From an uncultured Acidobacteriota bacterium (lineage in GTDB: Bacteria > Acidobacteriota > Terriglobia > Acidiferrales > UBA7541): 64,000 nt of DNA. Below the pieces are notes generated by a model, which had not been told where the DNA came from, ran no database searches, and worked only from the letters and a program-made list of their open reading frames with translations. The stretch is taken from assembly GCA_963757905.1 (NCBI GenBank), contig CAVWSV010000016.1, forward strand, positions 47,808 through 111,807, in the 5' to 3' direction. The stretch's first letter is position 1. Every line of letters starts with the position of its first letter. Below, one piece after another: positions 1-9,543 of this stretch. The position numbers were made by a program, and so were the translations under genes.

Positions 1-1
1 T

Positions 2-319
2 TTCGATGAGCCGACAACAGGGCTGCATTTTGACGACATTTCGAAATTGCTGGCGGCTTTTCGCAAACTGCTCGAAGGTGGAGCTTCCGTGCTGATTATC
101 GAGCACAATCTGGACGTTATCAAATCCGCGGACTGGGTGATCGACCTGGGACCCGAGGGTGGAGAACGCGGTGGACGCCTGGTGGCGTGCGGGACACCGG
201 AGCAAGTGGCGCGGAATGCGCAGTCGTATACGGGAAAGTTTCTGGCGCGCGTGCTGAACGAAGGCGCGCACGAAAACGCGAATCATCTCATCGCGAATCA
301 TCGCAATCACACTCCATGA
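2..319 (+). CDS. uvrA: Excinuclease ABC subunit A, C-terminal fragment (5' end outside the window)
   Basis: The open frame runs from the window edge ([17 protein letters not shown]...). It ends with [39 protein letters not shown], a typical UvrA C-terminus. Stop TGA at 317-319. Confidence 0.9.
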   Translation, partial: FDEPTTGLHFDDISKLLAAFRKLLEGGASVLIIEHNLDVIKSADWVIDLGPEGGERGGRLVACGTPEQVARNAQSYTGKFLARVLNEGAHENANHLIANHRNHTP

Positions 320-1644
320 AATTCTCGAGAAATGCGGCCGCGATCAGCATTTTGATAATTCTTTCAGCTGCACCTCGAACGGCCAATTCACAAACAAGGC
401 AAAGTTCGCGCAGGCGCGTCGTCACCGCAGCCTCGGCGCAGGAGCAATTGCTGCACAGCTTGCTGGTGCAAGGAAAAGCGGCGGCAGACAAGAATGACTA
501 TGCGACGGCGGCGGCAGACTATGAGAAATATCTCGCGCAAAAGCCGGATGATGCGGCGGCACATTTCGATTTGGGTTACGTTTACACCGCGCAGGCGGAC
601 AAAGATAAAGCCATTGCCGAGTATCGCAAAGCGATCGCGCTGGATCCGAAGATGGCGCAGGCGTATTTGAACCTCGGAATCAGTTTGCTTGGGGATGACG
701 CGAAAGCGGCAATTGCTCCTTTGCGAAAGGTGACGGCACTGAATTATGGCTACGCGCAAGGACACTATTTGCTGGGGACCGCAGAGGAGCGAGCGGGCCA
801 ACCGGCGGACGCAGTGAAGGAATATACGATTGCGGTGAGGCTTGATCCGAATGATTACGCGGCGCACATGGCGCTGGCGCGCGCGGAACTCACAACAGGA
901 AACGCGGGCGCAGCCGAGCCGGAATTTCGCGAAGCGCTGAAGTTAAAGGAGAATGACCACGAAGCTGAACTGGGATTGGCGCAAAGCCTGATCGAAGAGA
1001 AAAAAGCCGCGGACGCAGCAGCGGCACTTGACGATTATTTGAAGCAGAACCCGAACGACGTGAAGGTACGCGTGACGCGAGCGTCCCTGCTTGCGCAGTT
1101 GGGCGAGGATGACGAAGCACTGGCGGAGTTAGACCGAGCGAGCAAGAGCGGAACAGAATCGCTTGAAGCGTTGAAGCTGCGCGCGACGATTTATTATGGG
1201 AAAAGGGATTTCGCGAATGCGGCCACCGTGCTACAGAAGGCTTCCGCGATTGCTCCGCAAGACGCGGACATTCTGGCGAAATTGGGACATGCGTTGCTGG
1301 AGAATAAGGATTATGCCGGAGCGGCGCGAGAATTGAATGAGGCGTTTCGTCTCGATTCATCCTCTAATGACACGCTGCGAGATTTGGTGGCGGCGGAATA
1401 TTTGAGCAAGCATTATCCAGTGACGCTGTCGGCGCTGAATCTGCTGGATGCGCGCGAGACGCCGAAACCCGGTGCTTGGTTCGTTCGCGCTACGTGTTAT
1501 GACCACATGGGGCAAGCGAAAGCGGCTCTGGATGCGTATCAGAAATTTCTCGCAATGAATACGGATCAAAAGAGCGACGAATATTTCGAAGCGACTGGAC
1601 GAGTGCGATTTCTCGAACGAATCGTCAAGGGGAAAGAACGCTGA
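316..1644 (+). CDS. Exported tetratricopeptide-repeat (TPR) protein
   Basis: ATG 316 overlaps the uvrA stop (ATGA). The N-terminus [26 protein letters not shown] looks like a signal peptide. Repeated A-x-x-x-Y/L TPR-like helices follow ([23 protein letters not shown]...). The longer track ORF from 187 overlaps uvrA and was trimmed. Confidence 0.8.
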   Translation: MKFSRNAAAISILIILSAAPRTANSQTRQSSRRRVVTAASAQEQLLHSLLVQGKAAADKNDYATAAADYEKYLAQKPDDAAAHFDLGYVYTAQADKDKAIAEYRKAIALDPKMAQAYLNLGISLLGDDAKAAIAPLRKVTALNYGYAQGHYLLGTAEERAGQPADAVKEYTIAVRLDPNDYAAHMALARAELTTGNAGAAEPEFREALKLKENDHEAELGLAQSLIEEKKAADAAAALDDYLKQNPNDVKVRVTRASLLAQLGEDDEALAELDRASKSGTESLEALKLRATIYYGKRDFANAATVLQKASAIAPQDADILAKLGHALLENKDYAGAARELNEAFRLDSSSNDTLRDLVAAEYLSKHYPVTLSALNLLDARETPKPGAWFVRATCYDHMGQAKAALDAYQKFLAMNTDQKSDEYFEATGRVRFLERIVKGKER

Positions 1645-1645
1645 C

Positions 1646-2179
1646 ATGGACCGCGTGATGATGCGTGCGAGCGTCCTGGGAATCGTCCTTTGTAGCATGA
1701 TGTTGCCGCTGACGGCGCAAACGGCGCGAGTACAGAAGGAGATCGCGAAAGATAAGGCAAATTATGAGCGCCAGACGAAGCCTGTGGGACGTGCGAAGGC
1801 GGTGGTAAAGCTGGGCCGAGCAGAATATCTTGCGGCGCGGCAAAGTCTGGACGCAGGAAACATCAGAAGCGCATTCGAATTCCTAGCGGACTACAATGAG
1901 CAAGCGATTACGGCGCATGACGCTCTTGAGAAACTGGATGTAGATCCCGAAAAGCACTCGAATGGTTTTCGCCAACTGCAAATTTCGGTGCGGGAAAGCT
2001 TGCGGCAACTTCGGGAAATTATAGGACGCCTGCCACTGGAACAGCAGGAGTCTTTTCAAAAACTGGAGGTGGATCTCGACGCATTGAATCAGAAACTGAT
2101 CCTGGAATTATTTCCACGGCAGCCGGGACACAAGGTACAGGATCAGAAGAAACACAACGAGGTTACCCATGAGATATAA
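1646..2179 (+). CDS. Hypothetical exported alpha-helical protein
   Basis: ATG lies 1 nt after the preceding stop. Hydrophobic N-terminus MMRASVLGIVLCSMMLPLTAQT. No recognisable family. Confidence 0.55.
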   Translation: MDRVMMRASVLGIVLCSMMLPLTAQTARVQKEIAKDKANYERQTKPVGRAKAVVKLGRAEYLAARQSLDAGNIRSAFEFLADYNEQAITAHDALEKLDVDPEKHSNGFRQLQISVRESLRQLREIIGRLPLEQQESFQKLEVDLDALNQKLILELFPRQPGHKVQDQKKHNEVTHEI

Positions 2180-2702
2180 GGGGGCGGTGGTGATGGCATT
2201 GTTCGCGTGCTTGACTGTGAGCATGACGGGCAGGATCGCGGCTTGCGCGCAGGAGAAACCCGATTTTCTAAGCCCGGCGGAAGCGGACAAAGTTCGCGAT
2301 GCGCAAGATCCGAACGAGCGCGTGAAACTGTTTTTGGATTTCGCCGCCGATCGTTTGAAAAAATTGCAATACGAATTGCAGCTTACTTCACCGCAGATGC
2401 ACAAGAACGAAATCCTGAACGGCTTACTGAGTGAATACGCGGGGTGCATTGACGAGGCGGCGGACCGCATCCAGGAAGGACGCGAAACAAATCCGAACAT
2501 GCGTCCGGCGATCAAGGATATGCAGAAACGCGGGAAGGAATATTTGGACGCGCTGCAGAAAATCGAGGGGGCGGGAGGTCCCGAATTGAGCGCATTCAAG
2601 GATGCGCTCGATGATGCGCTTGAAGGCACGCAGGACGCGCTGAAGGGTGCGAACAAGGCGTCGAAAGAATATGGCGCGGTACCGGTGCGGAGAAAGCCTT
2701 GA
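2169..2702 (+). CDS. Hypothetical exported or lipoprotein-like alpha-helical protein
   Basis: Overlaps the previous ORF by 11 nt. N-terminus MRYKGAVVMALFACLTVSMTGRIAACAQ suggests a signal peptide or possible lipobox. Composition resembles the preceding ORF. Confidence 0.55.
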   Translation: MRYKGAVVMALFACLTVSMTGRIAACAQEKPDFLSPAEADKVRDAQDPNERVKLFLDFAADRLKKLQYELQLTSPQMHKNEILNGLLSEYAGCIDEAADRIQEGRETNPNMRPAIKDMQKRGKEYLDALQKIEGAGGPELSAFKDALDDALEGTQDALKGANKASKEYGAVPVRRKP

Positions 2703-3421
2703 GGGGAAGCTTCACGGCTCGGCGCGCGCAGCATGTTCCCGGCGGAGCGCTGATATTTCAGCGAATGTACACGCGACTGAATTGCGAAGGACGCCCGCCG
2801 CAGTTTGAAGTGGAATTCTATCCTTACGCGAATTTGACCCATTCGATCCGATTGCGGCGCGAAATTGCGCATGTGAGGCTCTCGGATTTGTTGCGTGAGG
2901 CCCCACTCGAAGTCATGGAAGCAGCGGCGGCGATTTTGCTCGCGCGGCTTTACCGGCGGCGGCTGCCTCGCGAAATTCTCGATACGTACAGACGATATTC
3001 CCATGGCACGCAGACCCGGCGCCGGCTGCACGCGTTGCGACGGAAACGGGCACGGCCCAGGATTGCGCACGCAAGCGGCCGGCATTTTGACTTGGGGCCA
3101 ATGTTCGATGAACTGAACGGCAGATACTTTCAGGAGGGGTTGGCGCGGCCGAAGATCGGGTGGAGCGCGAAACAGTGGCGCAGCCAATTGGGAACATATG
3201 ATCCAGCGCTCAACCAGATTGCGATTAACTGCGCTCTCGACCGGCCCGATGTGCCGCAATACGTGATCAGCTATGTGCTGTACCACGAAATGCTGCATCA
3301 AAAGCATCCGATGAAGCTGGCGCGGTGCCGGTTGGAATCGCATTCGCGAGCGTTTCGGAAAGAAGAGAGAAAGTTTCGCGAGTATGAGCGGGCAATGAAA
3401 TTTTTGGCGCGATTTCGGTGA
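2699..3421 (+). CDS. SprT-like zinc metalloprotease family protein
   Basis: TTG start overlaps the previous stop (TTGA). The C-terminal half carries ...QIAINCALDRPDVPQYVISYVLYHEMLHQKHP... with an HExxH motif in SprT-like context. The exact start is uncertain. Confidence 0.6.
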   Translation: MRGSFTARRAQHVPGGALIFQRMYTRLNCEGRPPQFEVEFYPYANLTHSIRLRREIAHVRLSDLLREAPLEVMEAAAAILLARLYRRRLPREILDTYRRYSHGTQTRRRLHALRRKRARPRIAHASGRHFDLGPMFDELNGRYFQEGLARPKIGWSAKQWRSQLGTYDPALNQIAINCALDRPDVPQYVISYVLYHEMLHQKHPMKLARCRLESHSRAFRKEERKFREYERAMKFLARFR

Positions 3422-3444
3422 CAGGCCGGCGCGCGCTTGCTTGC

Positions 3445-3912
3445 TCAGTGCGCAGCGGATTTGTCCTTATTTAGTTTTTCCTCGATCTTCGCAATGCGCT
3501 CACGGACTTTCTTGGATTCGGACGTGTCGGGCAGGATTTTCAAGTACTGTTGATAATAATCGATGGCTCGATGAGGATCGTCTATCTTTTCGTAGGCCTG
3601 GCCAAGGAGAAGACAGGGCTCGGCGTAATTCGGTTTGTACTCCATGGCATCTTTGAAACGCGCAATGGCTCCATCGGTGTCGCCGCGCTTCATGTAGAAC
3701 TTGCCCACGTTGACATCATGGACGGCGCGCATCGGATTGTACTTGGGAGCGGCGGGCTTGGGCAGATTTTGCGCGGACGCCGTCCCGCAGAAACACAGCG
3801 CAAGGAACGACAGTGCAATCAGGCCGGTGTGCAACCGCGACTTGGAGCAATCGCGCCGGGCCGGCTGGCCGCGCCTGCTGTCGCTTACATGAGCTACTGC
3901 TGATATTCGCAT
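3445..3912 (-). CDS. TPR-repeat lipoprotein-like protein
   Basis: The track ORF (3445..4065) was trimmed to ATG 3912 because the longer form overlaps uvrC. It has a hydrophobic segment LIALSFLALCFCGTASAQ, then TPR helices (GAIARFKDAMEYKPNYAEPCLLLGQAYEKIDDPHRAIDYYQQYL). The true start may be an internal TTG near 3835. Confidence 0.7.
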   Translation of the reverse strand: MRISAVAHVSDSRRGQPARRDCSKSRLHTGLIALSFLALCFCGTASAQNLPKPAAPKYNPMRAVHDVNVGKFYMKRGDTDGAIARFKDAMEYKPNYAEPCLLLGQAYEKIDDPHRAIDYYQQYLKILPDTSESKKVRERIAKIEEKLNKDKSAAH

Positions 3913-4006
3913 TTCTGGAATGGATTTGATGGCATCTGTTAAGATAGCGTTGTCCCGCGAGGCCGCGCCGATACACAGCGCAACGGCTACAGCATAACTC
4001 TTTCCC

Positions 4007-5881
4007 ATGGATCTGCGCGATAAGGTTTCCGAATTCCCCGTCCAGCCAGGGGTGTATCTGTTCAAGGACGCGGCGGAGAAAATTATCTACGTCGGCAAGG
4101 CAAAGTTGCTGCGGCATCGGGTGAAGTCGTATTTTCTGGATTCCCGGCAACTCGACGCGAAGACCGGATCGCTGATGCGGGAAATTGCCGAAGCAGACTA
4201 CATTGTCGTCGACAACGAGCGCGAGGCGCTGGCGCTCGAAAACAATCTGATCAAGCAGCACAAGCCGAAGTTCAATATTCTGCTGCGCGACGACAAAACG
4301 TATCCCTACATTTGTTTCACGGCCGGGGAGCCGTTTCCGCGTGTGTTTGTGACGCGAAGGCTGGAGAAAAACAGTTCCGTCTTCTTTGGGCCCTATTTTC
4401 CCGCGAGCCTGGCGCATCGCATCGTCCATTTCATCAACCGGTATTTTGGGATTCCCTCGGCGAAAATGGAGATGAATCGTCCGCACACGCGCGCGTGGCT
4501 GGAGTTTTATTTGAATCGTGGCCTGGGTCCGGCCATCGCAGGACAAACGCTCGAAGAACGGTACGCAGAAGCGGCGCGTGATACGCGAATGTTTCTCGAA
4601 GGGCGGCGGCGAGACTTGGTGAAGAGTCTGGAAGAGCGGATGCAGCGCGCGGCCACGGAAGAACGATTCGAAGCGGCGGCGGGGTATCGCAACTTAATTC
4701 GCACTGTCACAGACATGGAGGAACGGCAGAAAATCGCCGCGGCAGCGGGAGACGACATCGACGTGCTGGCGTGGCACGCGGAGCCACCGCAGGTGGCGGC
4801 AAACGTATTCCATTTGCGCGGCGGACGGGTGGTTGACAGGCGCGAATTTTATTGGGAAGACCTGGCAGAATTCGAGCCGACGGAATTCGTGACTTCGCTG
4901 CTCAAGCAAATTTATCTGGAGGCAAATTATCTACCGCGGTTCATTCATGTGCCGATGGAATTCGAGGAGCGCGGGCTGCTCGAAGACGTATTTTCCGAAA
5001 ACATCGCGCACCGCGTGGAGATTGTGGCGCCGCAGCGTGGGCCGAAGCGCGCTTTCCTCGATTTGGTGGAGACGAATTCGAAGCACTCGTTCACGCAGCG
5101 ATTTCGCGTGATGAAACCGACCACAGAAGCGATTGTGGAGTCGCTGGAGACGGCGCTCGGCCTGCCAACGACGCCGAAACGAATCGAGAGTTTTGACATT
5201 TCGCACATTCAAGGATCGGACACGGTAGCGTCGATGGTAGTTTGGGAAAACGGGCGGATGAAAAAATCGGATTACCGCAAATTCATTATTCGCGGGACGG
5301 GGGGAAATCAGGGAGAAGTGGCAGGAACGCCTCCCGATGATAAAGGGCCGGAAGGCGAGCTTCTGCGCGACGATTTCGCGAGCATGCGAGAGGCGGTAGG
5401 ACGGCGCTACTGGCGATTGCTCGAGGAGAAACGCCCAATGCCGAGTTTGGTGCTGATCGACGGCGGAATTGGACAGCTCCACGCGGCAGCGGAAGCTTTG
5501 GAAAAACTGAATATCATTGGCCAGCCGCTGGCGAGCATCGCGAAGAAAGAGGAAATCTTGTACGTATACGGGCGCGAAGATGATCCGATCCGGCTGGACC
5601 ACCGTTCGCCGATTCTCCACCTGATCCAGCAGATTCGCGACGAGACCCACCGATTTGCGGTGACCTTTCATCGGCTACGGAGGACGAAAAGGCGGTTGCG
5701 GACCTCGTTGACCGAGGTGCCGGGAGTCGGCCCACGAACCGCGCGGAAGCTGCTGAAGCGATTTGGGAGCGTGGCGCGGTTGAAGCAGTTGGGCATGGAG
5801 GAACTGGCGGCGGAAATGCCGAGGGCGAAAGCCGAAAAGCTGCACGAGTTCCTGCATTCGCGGGAAATACCACGCAAATAA
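4007..5881 (+). CDS. uvrC: Excinuclease ABC subunit C
   Basis: 624 aa. GIY-YIG N-terminus (PGVYLFKDAAEKIIYVGKAKLLRHRVKSYF), a central UVR-like region, and a C-terminal endonuclease plus HhH region (ESFDISHIQG..., VPGVGPRTARKLLKRFGS). Confidence 0.95.
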   Translation: MDLRDKVSEFPVQPGVYLFKDAAEKIIYVGKAKLLRHRVKSYFLDSRQLDAKTGSLMREIAEADYIVVDNEREALALENNLIKQHKPKFNILLRDDKTYPYICFTAGEPFPRVFVTRRLEKNSSVFFGPYFPASLAHRIVHFINRYFGIPSAKMEMNRPHTRAWLEFYLNRGLGPAIAGQTLEERYAEAARDTRMFLEGRRRDLVKSLEERMQRAATEERFEAAAGYRNLIRTVTDMEERQKIAAAAGDDIDVLAWHAEPPQVAANVFHLRGGRVVDRREFYWEDLAEFEPTEFVTSLLKQIYLEANYLPRFIHVPMEFEERGLLEDVFSENIAHRVEIVAPQRGPKRAFLDLVETNSKHSFTQRFRVMKPTTEAIVESLETALGLPTTPKRIESFDISHIQGSDTVASMVVWENGRMKKSDYRKFIIRGTGGNQGEVAGTPPDDKGPEGELLRDDFASMREAVGRRYWRLLEEKRPMPSLVLIDGGIGQLHAAAEALEKLNIIGQPLASIAKKEEILYVYGREDDPIRLDHRSPILHLIQQIRDETHRFAVTFHRLRRTKRRLRTSLTEVPGVGPRTARKLLKRFGSVARLKQLGMEELAAEMPRAKAEKLHEFLHSREIPRK

Positions 5882-6048
5882 GCGTGCTAAACAGCCAGAC
5901 GTAGCGCCACTTTGAACCGGTTGCGAGGCGCGACCCTTGCGGCTCCATGCGGCTGCGTATGGATACAGTAAAATACCCCACCGAATAGGGGCAACTCTGC
6001 TTGCTACTGGTACTTGCGTGTGCTACGGTCGAATCGGAGGTCGCTAAA

Positions 6049-6348
6049 ATGGCCGAGAATGTTGGATCTAAAGTTACTTTCTTCATGGTTGGGCTTGGCA
6101 TCGGAGCATTGGTGGGGATTTTGTTTGCGCCGAAATCCGGCGAAGAGACACGCGACTACTTGACCAAGAAGGCCGATGAAGGCCGCGAGTACGCGCAGAA
6201 GAAAGCGCGTGAGTTGCGGGAACGCGCCGAGGACTTGATTGAGCGCAGCAAGGAAATCATGAACCGCGAGAAGGGCTCGATCACGGCAGCCGTGGAAGCC
6301 GGCAAGGAAACCTACCAGAGAGAGAAAAGCAAAGCGCAAGCACAATAG
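6049..6348 (+). CDS. YtxH domain-containing protein
   Basis: GGAGG lies 8 nt upstream of ATG 6049. The sequence FFMVGLGIGALVGILFAPKSGEETRDYLTKKADEG matches the YtxH signature (TM helix plus APKSG.E.R). Confidence 0.8.
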   Translation: MAENVGSKVTFFMVGLGIGALVGILFAPKSGEETRDYLTKKADEGREYAQKKARELRERAEDLIERSKEIMNREKGSITAAVEAGKETYQREKSKAQAQ

Positions 6349-6372
6349 CTGACGCAGGAGTCGAGAAAGCTC

Positions 6373-6882
6373 ATGGTGACGACGGGGTGGGTGGTTGCGT
6401 TCTTTGTCATAGCGACGATCGCGATCGTGCTGCAGATGCTGATTCTGGCGGGAATGTACTTCCAGTTCAAACGCACGAGCATAGAAGTGCAGCGCGTCGT
6501 CAGTGACGTGCAACGGAAACTGGATCCGATTCTGTTCCGTATCAATCGCGTGCTGGAGAATTCAGAAGACAAGATCTCCAGCATCGTGACCGACGCAGCC
6601 GAAATGACGCGCTTGGCGCGAGGCCAGGCACAGAAAATAGACCGCGTGGTCACCGACGCTCTTGAGCGGACACGCGCGCAGGTTATACGGGCCGACACAA
6701 TCCTTACCGGGACGCTGGAAGCCGTGGAGGATGCGGGCATCCGGGTGCGACGGTCTGTCCTTGGGCCGCTTCAGCAGGCATCCGCAGTGCTCAAGGGGAT
6801 ACGCACAGGCATTGACTTCATCCGCGGGCAACGTGGCTCGCGGCGAAGTTCAATCGATCAGGACGACGAACTGTTTATTTGA
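6373..6882 (+). CDS. Membrane-anchored coiled-coil protein (DUF948-like)
   Basis: An N-terminal TM helix (WVVAFFVIATIAIVLQMLILAGMYF) is followed by long helical segments. Pairing with a YtxH gene is common for DUF948 proteins. The family assignment is inferred. Confidence 0.6.
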   Translation: MVTTGWVVAFFVIATIAIVLQMLILAGMYFQFKRTSIEVQRVVSDVQRKLDPILFRINRVLENSEDKISSIVTDAAEMTRLARGQAQKIDRVVTDALERTRAQVIRADTILTGTLEAVEDAGIRVRRSVLGPLQQASAVLKGIRTGIDFIRGQRGSRRSSIDQDDELFI

Positions 6883-7074
6883 GAATTCTCAAGGCGGCCG
6901 ACACAGGCCGTGCTCCTGCTTCGTCCTCACCAAAAACCCACAATCTGGTTCGGGGCTGAACCCTCCTTCACGCGCGCGCAGGCCCGAGATCCTTCGCGGG
7001 CCTAGCGGCGCTCAGGACGATAAATTCTAACTCCAGGCTCCGGGACGACGAGTTGGATGCGGCGGAGTCTATAA

Positions 7075-8196
7075 TCAGCGGAGCCAGCCACCGCCTAGGA
7101 CTGCTTCGCCGGAGTAGAACACGGCGGCTTGCCCGGAGTGATGGCTCGCTGAGGTTCACGGAAGCGGATGCGCGCGGTGGTGGCGTCAAGAGACTCGATG
7201 AGCGCGTTGGCGGCCGCATGGCGATGGCGCACTTTTACATTTGCCTCAATCGGGACCATCGGGACACGCGATGGAGATCCAGTTGACATCGCGAACTTCG
7301 CAGACAGACGTGAAAAGGTCGCTGTCGTCGCCGACGATTAGGCGATTGTTGGCGCGGTCGAGCGCGACGACGTAAACAGGACGTCCGACGGAAAATCCCA
7401 AGCCCTTTCGCTGGCCGACCGTGTAGCGATGCAATCCCTCATGGCGGCCGATGACCGCGCCGTCCGTAGTGACGATTTCGCCAGCTTCCGTTGTCAATTC
7501 CCTGCCCTGTTCGCGCAAATAACTCCCGATGAAGCGAACGTAGTTCCCCGTTGGCACAAAACAAATTTCCTGGCTTTCCGGTTTTTCGGCGACGGGGAGC
7601 TGCGTGCGGCGCGCGATGTCGCGGACTTCGGACTTTGTCAGCTCGCCTAGAGGAAAACGAGAGCGCGAAAGCTGCTCCTGCGTGAGGCCGAAGAGGAAGT
7701 AGGACTGATCCTTGGATTCGTCGGCGGCGCGAAGAAGCTCGTAGCGGCCCGAATCGGGATTCCAGCGAATGCGCGCGTAATGGCCGGTGGCGAGGCGCTC
7801 GGCGCCGATTTGTCGCGCCGTGACGAGAAGCTGTTCGAACTTGACGTGATTATTGCAGAGCGTGCAGGGAATAGGCGTGCGTCCGGCAAGATAATCATTG
7901 ACGAACGGGCGAATCACGCGATCTTCGAAAGCCTGCTCGAAATTCACGACGTAAAAAGGAAAGCCAAGATGCCGCGCGACGCGGCGCGCGTCATAGACGT
8001 CGTCGAGCGAGCAGCAGCGATGCGGCGCGGGACCCTCGGTCGAGGCAAGCTCGGGGAGGCGGCGCTGGTTCCAGAGCTGCATCGTAAGGCCGACGATCGG
8101 CTCGGCGGCTTCATGCAGCAGCGCGGCAACAGCAGAGCTATCGACGCCGCCGCTCATAGCGACAGCGGTGAGCGCGGATTGTGGAAATGACGACAC
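7075..8196 (-). pseudogene. mnmA: tRNA 2-thiouridine(34) synthase MnmA, disrupted by two compensating frameshifts near the 3' end
   Basis: The N-terminal 316 aa are intact (SGGVDSS PP-loop, CCSLDDV...). Homology then continues in another frame ([12 protein letters not shown]...FREPQRAITPG, track ORF 7095..7289). It returns to the original frame for QAAVFYSGEAVLGGGWLR-stop (TGA 7075-7077). In-frame reading stops at 7246-7248. Confidence 0.85.
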
Positions 8197-8227
8197 CGTA
8201 TGGCTCCGGATTGAAAACGGCGAAAAG

Positions 8228-8277
8228 CCTCAGGTCAGTTCCCGCAAAACGCCGCGGGAACGGGACCTGAGCTACAA
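8228..8277. repeat. REP-like palindromic intergenic element, copy 1
   Basis: Nested hairpin: CTCAGGTC-a-GTTCCCGC [aaaacgcc] GCGGGAAC-gg-GACCTGAG. It shares the flanks cctcaggtcag / gggacctgagctacaa with the copy at 10812. Confidence 0.7.
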
Positions 8278-8323
8278 GGACATACCTAGAATAGCAGAGG
8301 AATGCGAAATCTGGCGAGCTGCC

Positions 8324-9503
8324 TCAATCAGCGGGGACGACGGCCTTGCCGTAATTTGGCGACAGGCCGCGGAGGCGCTCGACCACGGCGGGAATCACTT
8401 CCACGGCGTATGCGATATCTTCAGGTGTGGTCAAGCGGCCAAGGCTGAAGCGCAAAGTGGACTTGGCTTCGTCGCGCGGCAGGCCGATGGCGTGGAGCAC
8501 GTGCGAGGGCAAAATCGCTCCGGAAGAACACGCGGCGCCACCCGAACACTGGACTCCTTGAAGATCAAACGCAATGACGAGCGATTCGCCCGCGGCGTGC
8601 GGGAAAGTGATGCTCGTGGTGTTGGCGACGCGCCGCGCGCGGCCTCCGTTCACGTGCGATTCGGGAACGCGTGCGAGAATGCCTTCTTCGAAACGGTCGC
8701 GCAGAGCGGCGATACGCCGCGACGTCGCTGGTGAGATGCGCGCGAGCGATTTCCGCCGCTTTGCCGAAACCGGCGATTCCCGGAACGTTTTCGGTGCCGG
8801 GGCGGCGATCGCGTTCATGAGTGCCCCCGAAAAACAGCGGCTCGAGCGGAGTATCTTCGCGGACGTACAGCGCGCCCATGCCTTTTGGCCCGTAGAGCTT
8901 GTGTGCGGAGATCGTGAGGAGATCGACTTTGAGTTCGCTGACGTCGATGCGAATTTTGCCCGCGGACTGCACCGCATCGCTATGAAAATAAACATTCGAT
9001 TCGAAAGCGATGCGCCCGATTTCGGCGATGGGCTGGATGGTGCCGAGCTCGTTATTCGCGTGCATCACGGTGATGAGAACGGTTTCGGGGCGAAGCGCGC
9101 GGCGCACATCCTCGGGATCGACAATGCCGTCACTGGAGACCGGGAGCCAGGTGACTTCGATGCCCTGCTTTTCGAGAGCTTCGACGGCGTTGAGGACGGC
9201 GTGGTGCTCGATGGTCGAGCAGATGACGTGCTTTTTTTCGCGGCGCATCGCGGCGACGAAGCCGAGAACGGCGAGATTGTCCGCCTCCGTGCCGCCGCTG
9301 GTAAATACAATTTCGGATGGCTTTGCGCCAATGAGCGCGGCGACGGATTGGCGCGCGGTTTCGACGGCACCGCGGGCGTTCTGGCCGGCGGAATGAATCG
9401 AGCTGGCGTTGCCGTAGCCTTCAGTGAAGAAAGGCAGCATCGCGTCGAGGACTTCGCGGTCGACGGGAGTGGTGGCGTTGTAATCTAAGTAGACGCGGCG
9501 CAT
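8324..9503 (-). pseudogene. Class V aminotransferase-type cysteine desulfurase (NifS/IscS-like), frameshifted
   Basis: ATG 9503 gives MRRVYLDYNATTP... with the PLP lysine context ISAHKLYGPKG. Homology switches frame near 8711-8722 (gcggcgtatc). The C-terminal part (IAALRDRFEEGIL...CSGGAACSSGAILPSHVLHAIGL, catalytic Cys loop) lies in track ORF 8324..8995. Confidence 0.85.
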
Positions 9504-9543
9504 GGATGAAGGCGGCAAAGTAGAACTCAGAATAGCGCGGCGC

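Noticed and set aside
187-315. 5' extension of the TPR ORF (track ORF 187..1644)
   Set aside because: The extension overlaps the conserved uvrA C-terminus in another frame. The ATG at 316 gives a proper signal peptide and an ATGA overlap with the uvrA stop.
2108-3343. 411-aa minus-strand ORF
   Set aside because: It is fully antisense to the tightly packed plus-strand genes 2169..2702 and 2699..3421. It is Arg/Pro/Ser-rich with no recognisable motif, which is typical of a shadow ORF in GC-rich DNA.
6980-7003. Hairpin AGGCCCG-n10-CGGGCCT between the convergent genes 6373..6882 and mnmA, considered as a bidirectional terminator
   Set aside because: The stem is only 7 bp and no U/T tract lies on either side. 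This is not enough to call an intrinsic terminator.
7120-7275. Programmed ribosomal frameshifting as an explanation for the mnmA frame changes
   Set aside because: I see no X-XXY-YYZ slippery heptamer and no obvious downstream stimulatory structure at either junction. Two opposite shifts within 140 nt would be unprecedented for this gene, so mutation or sequence error is more parsimonious.
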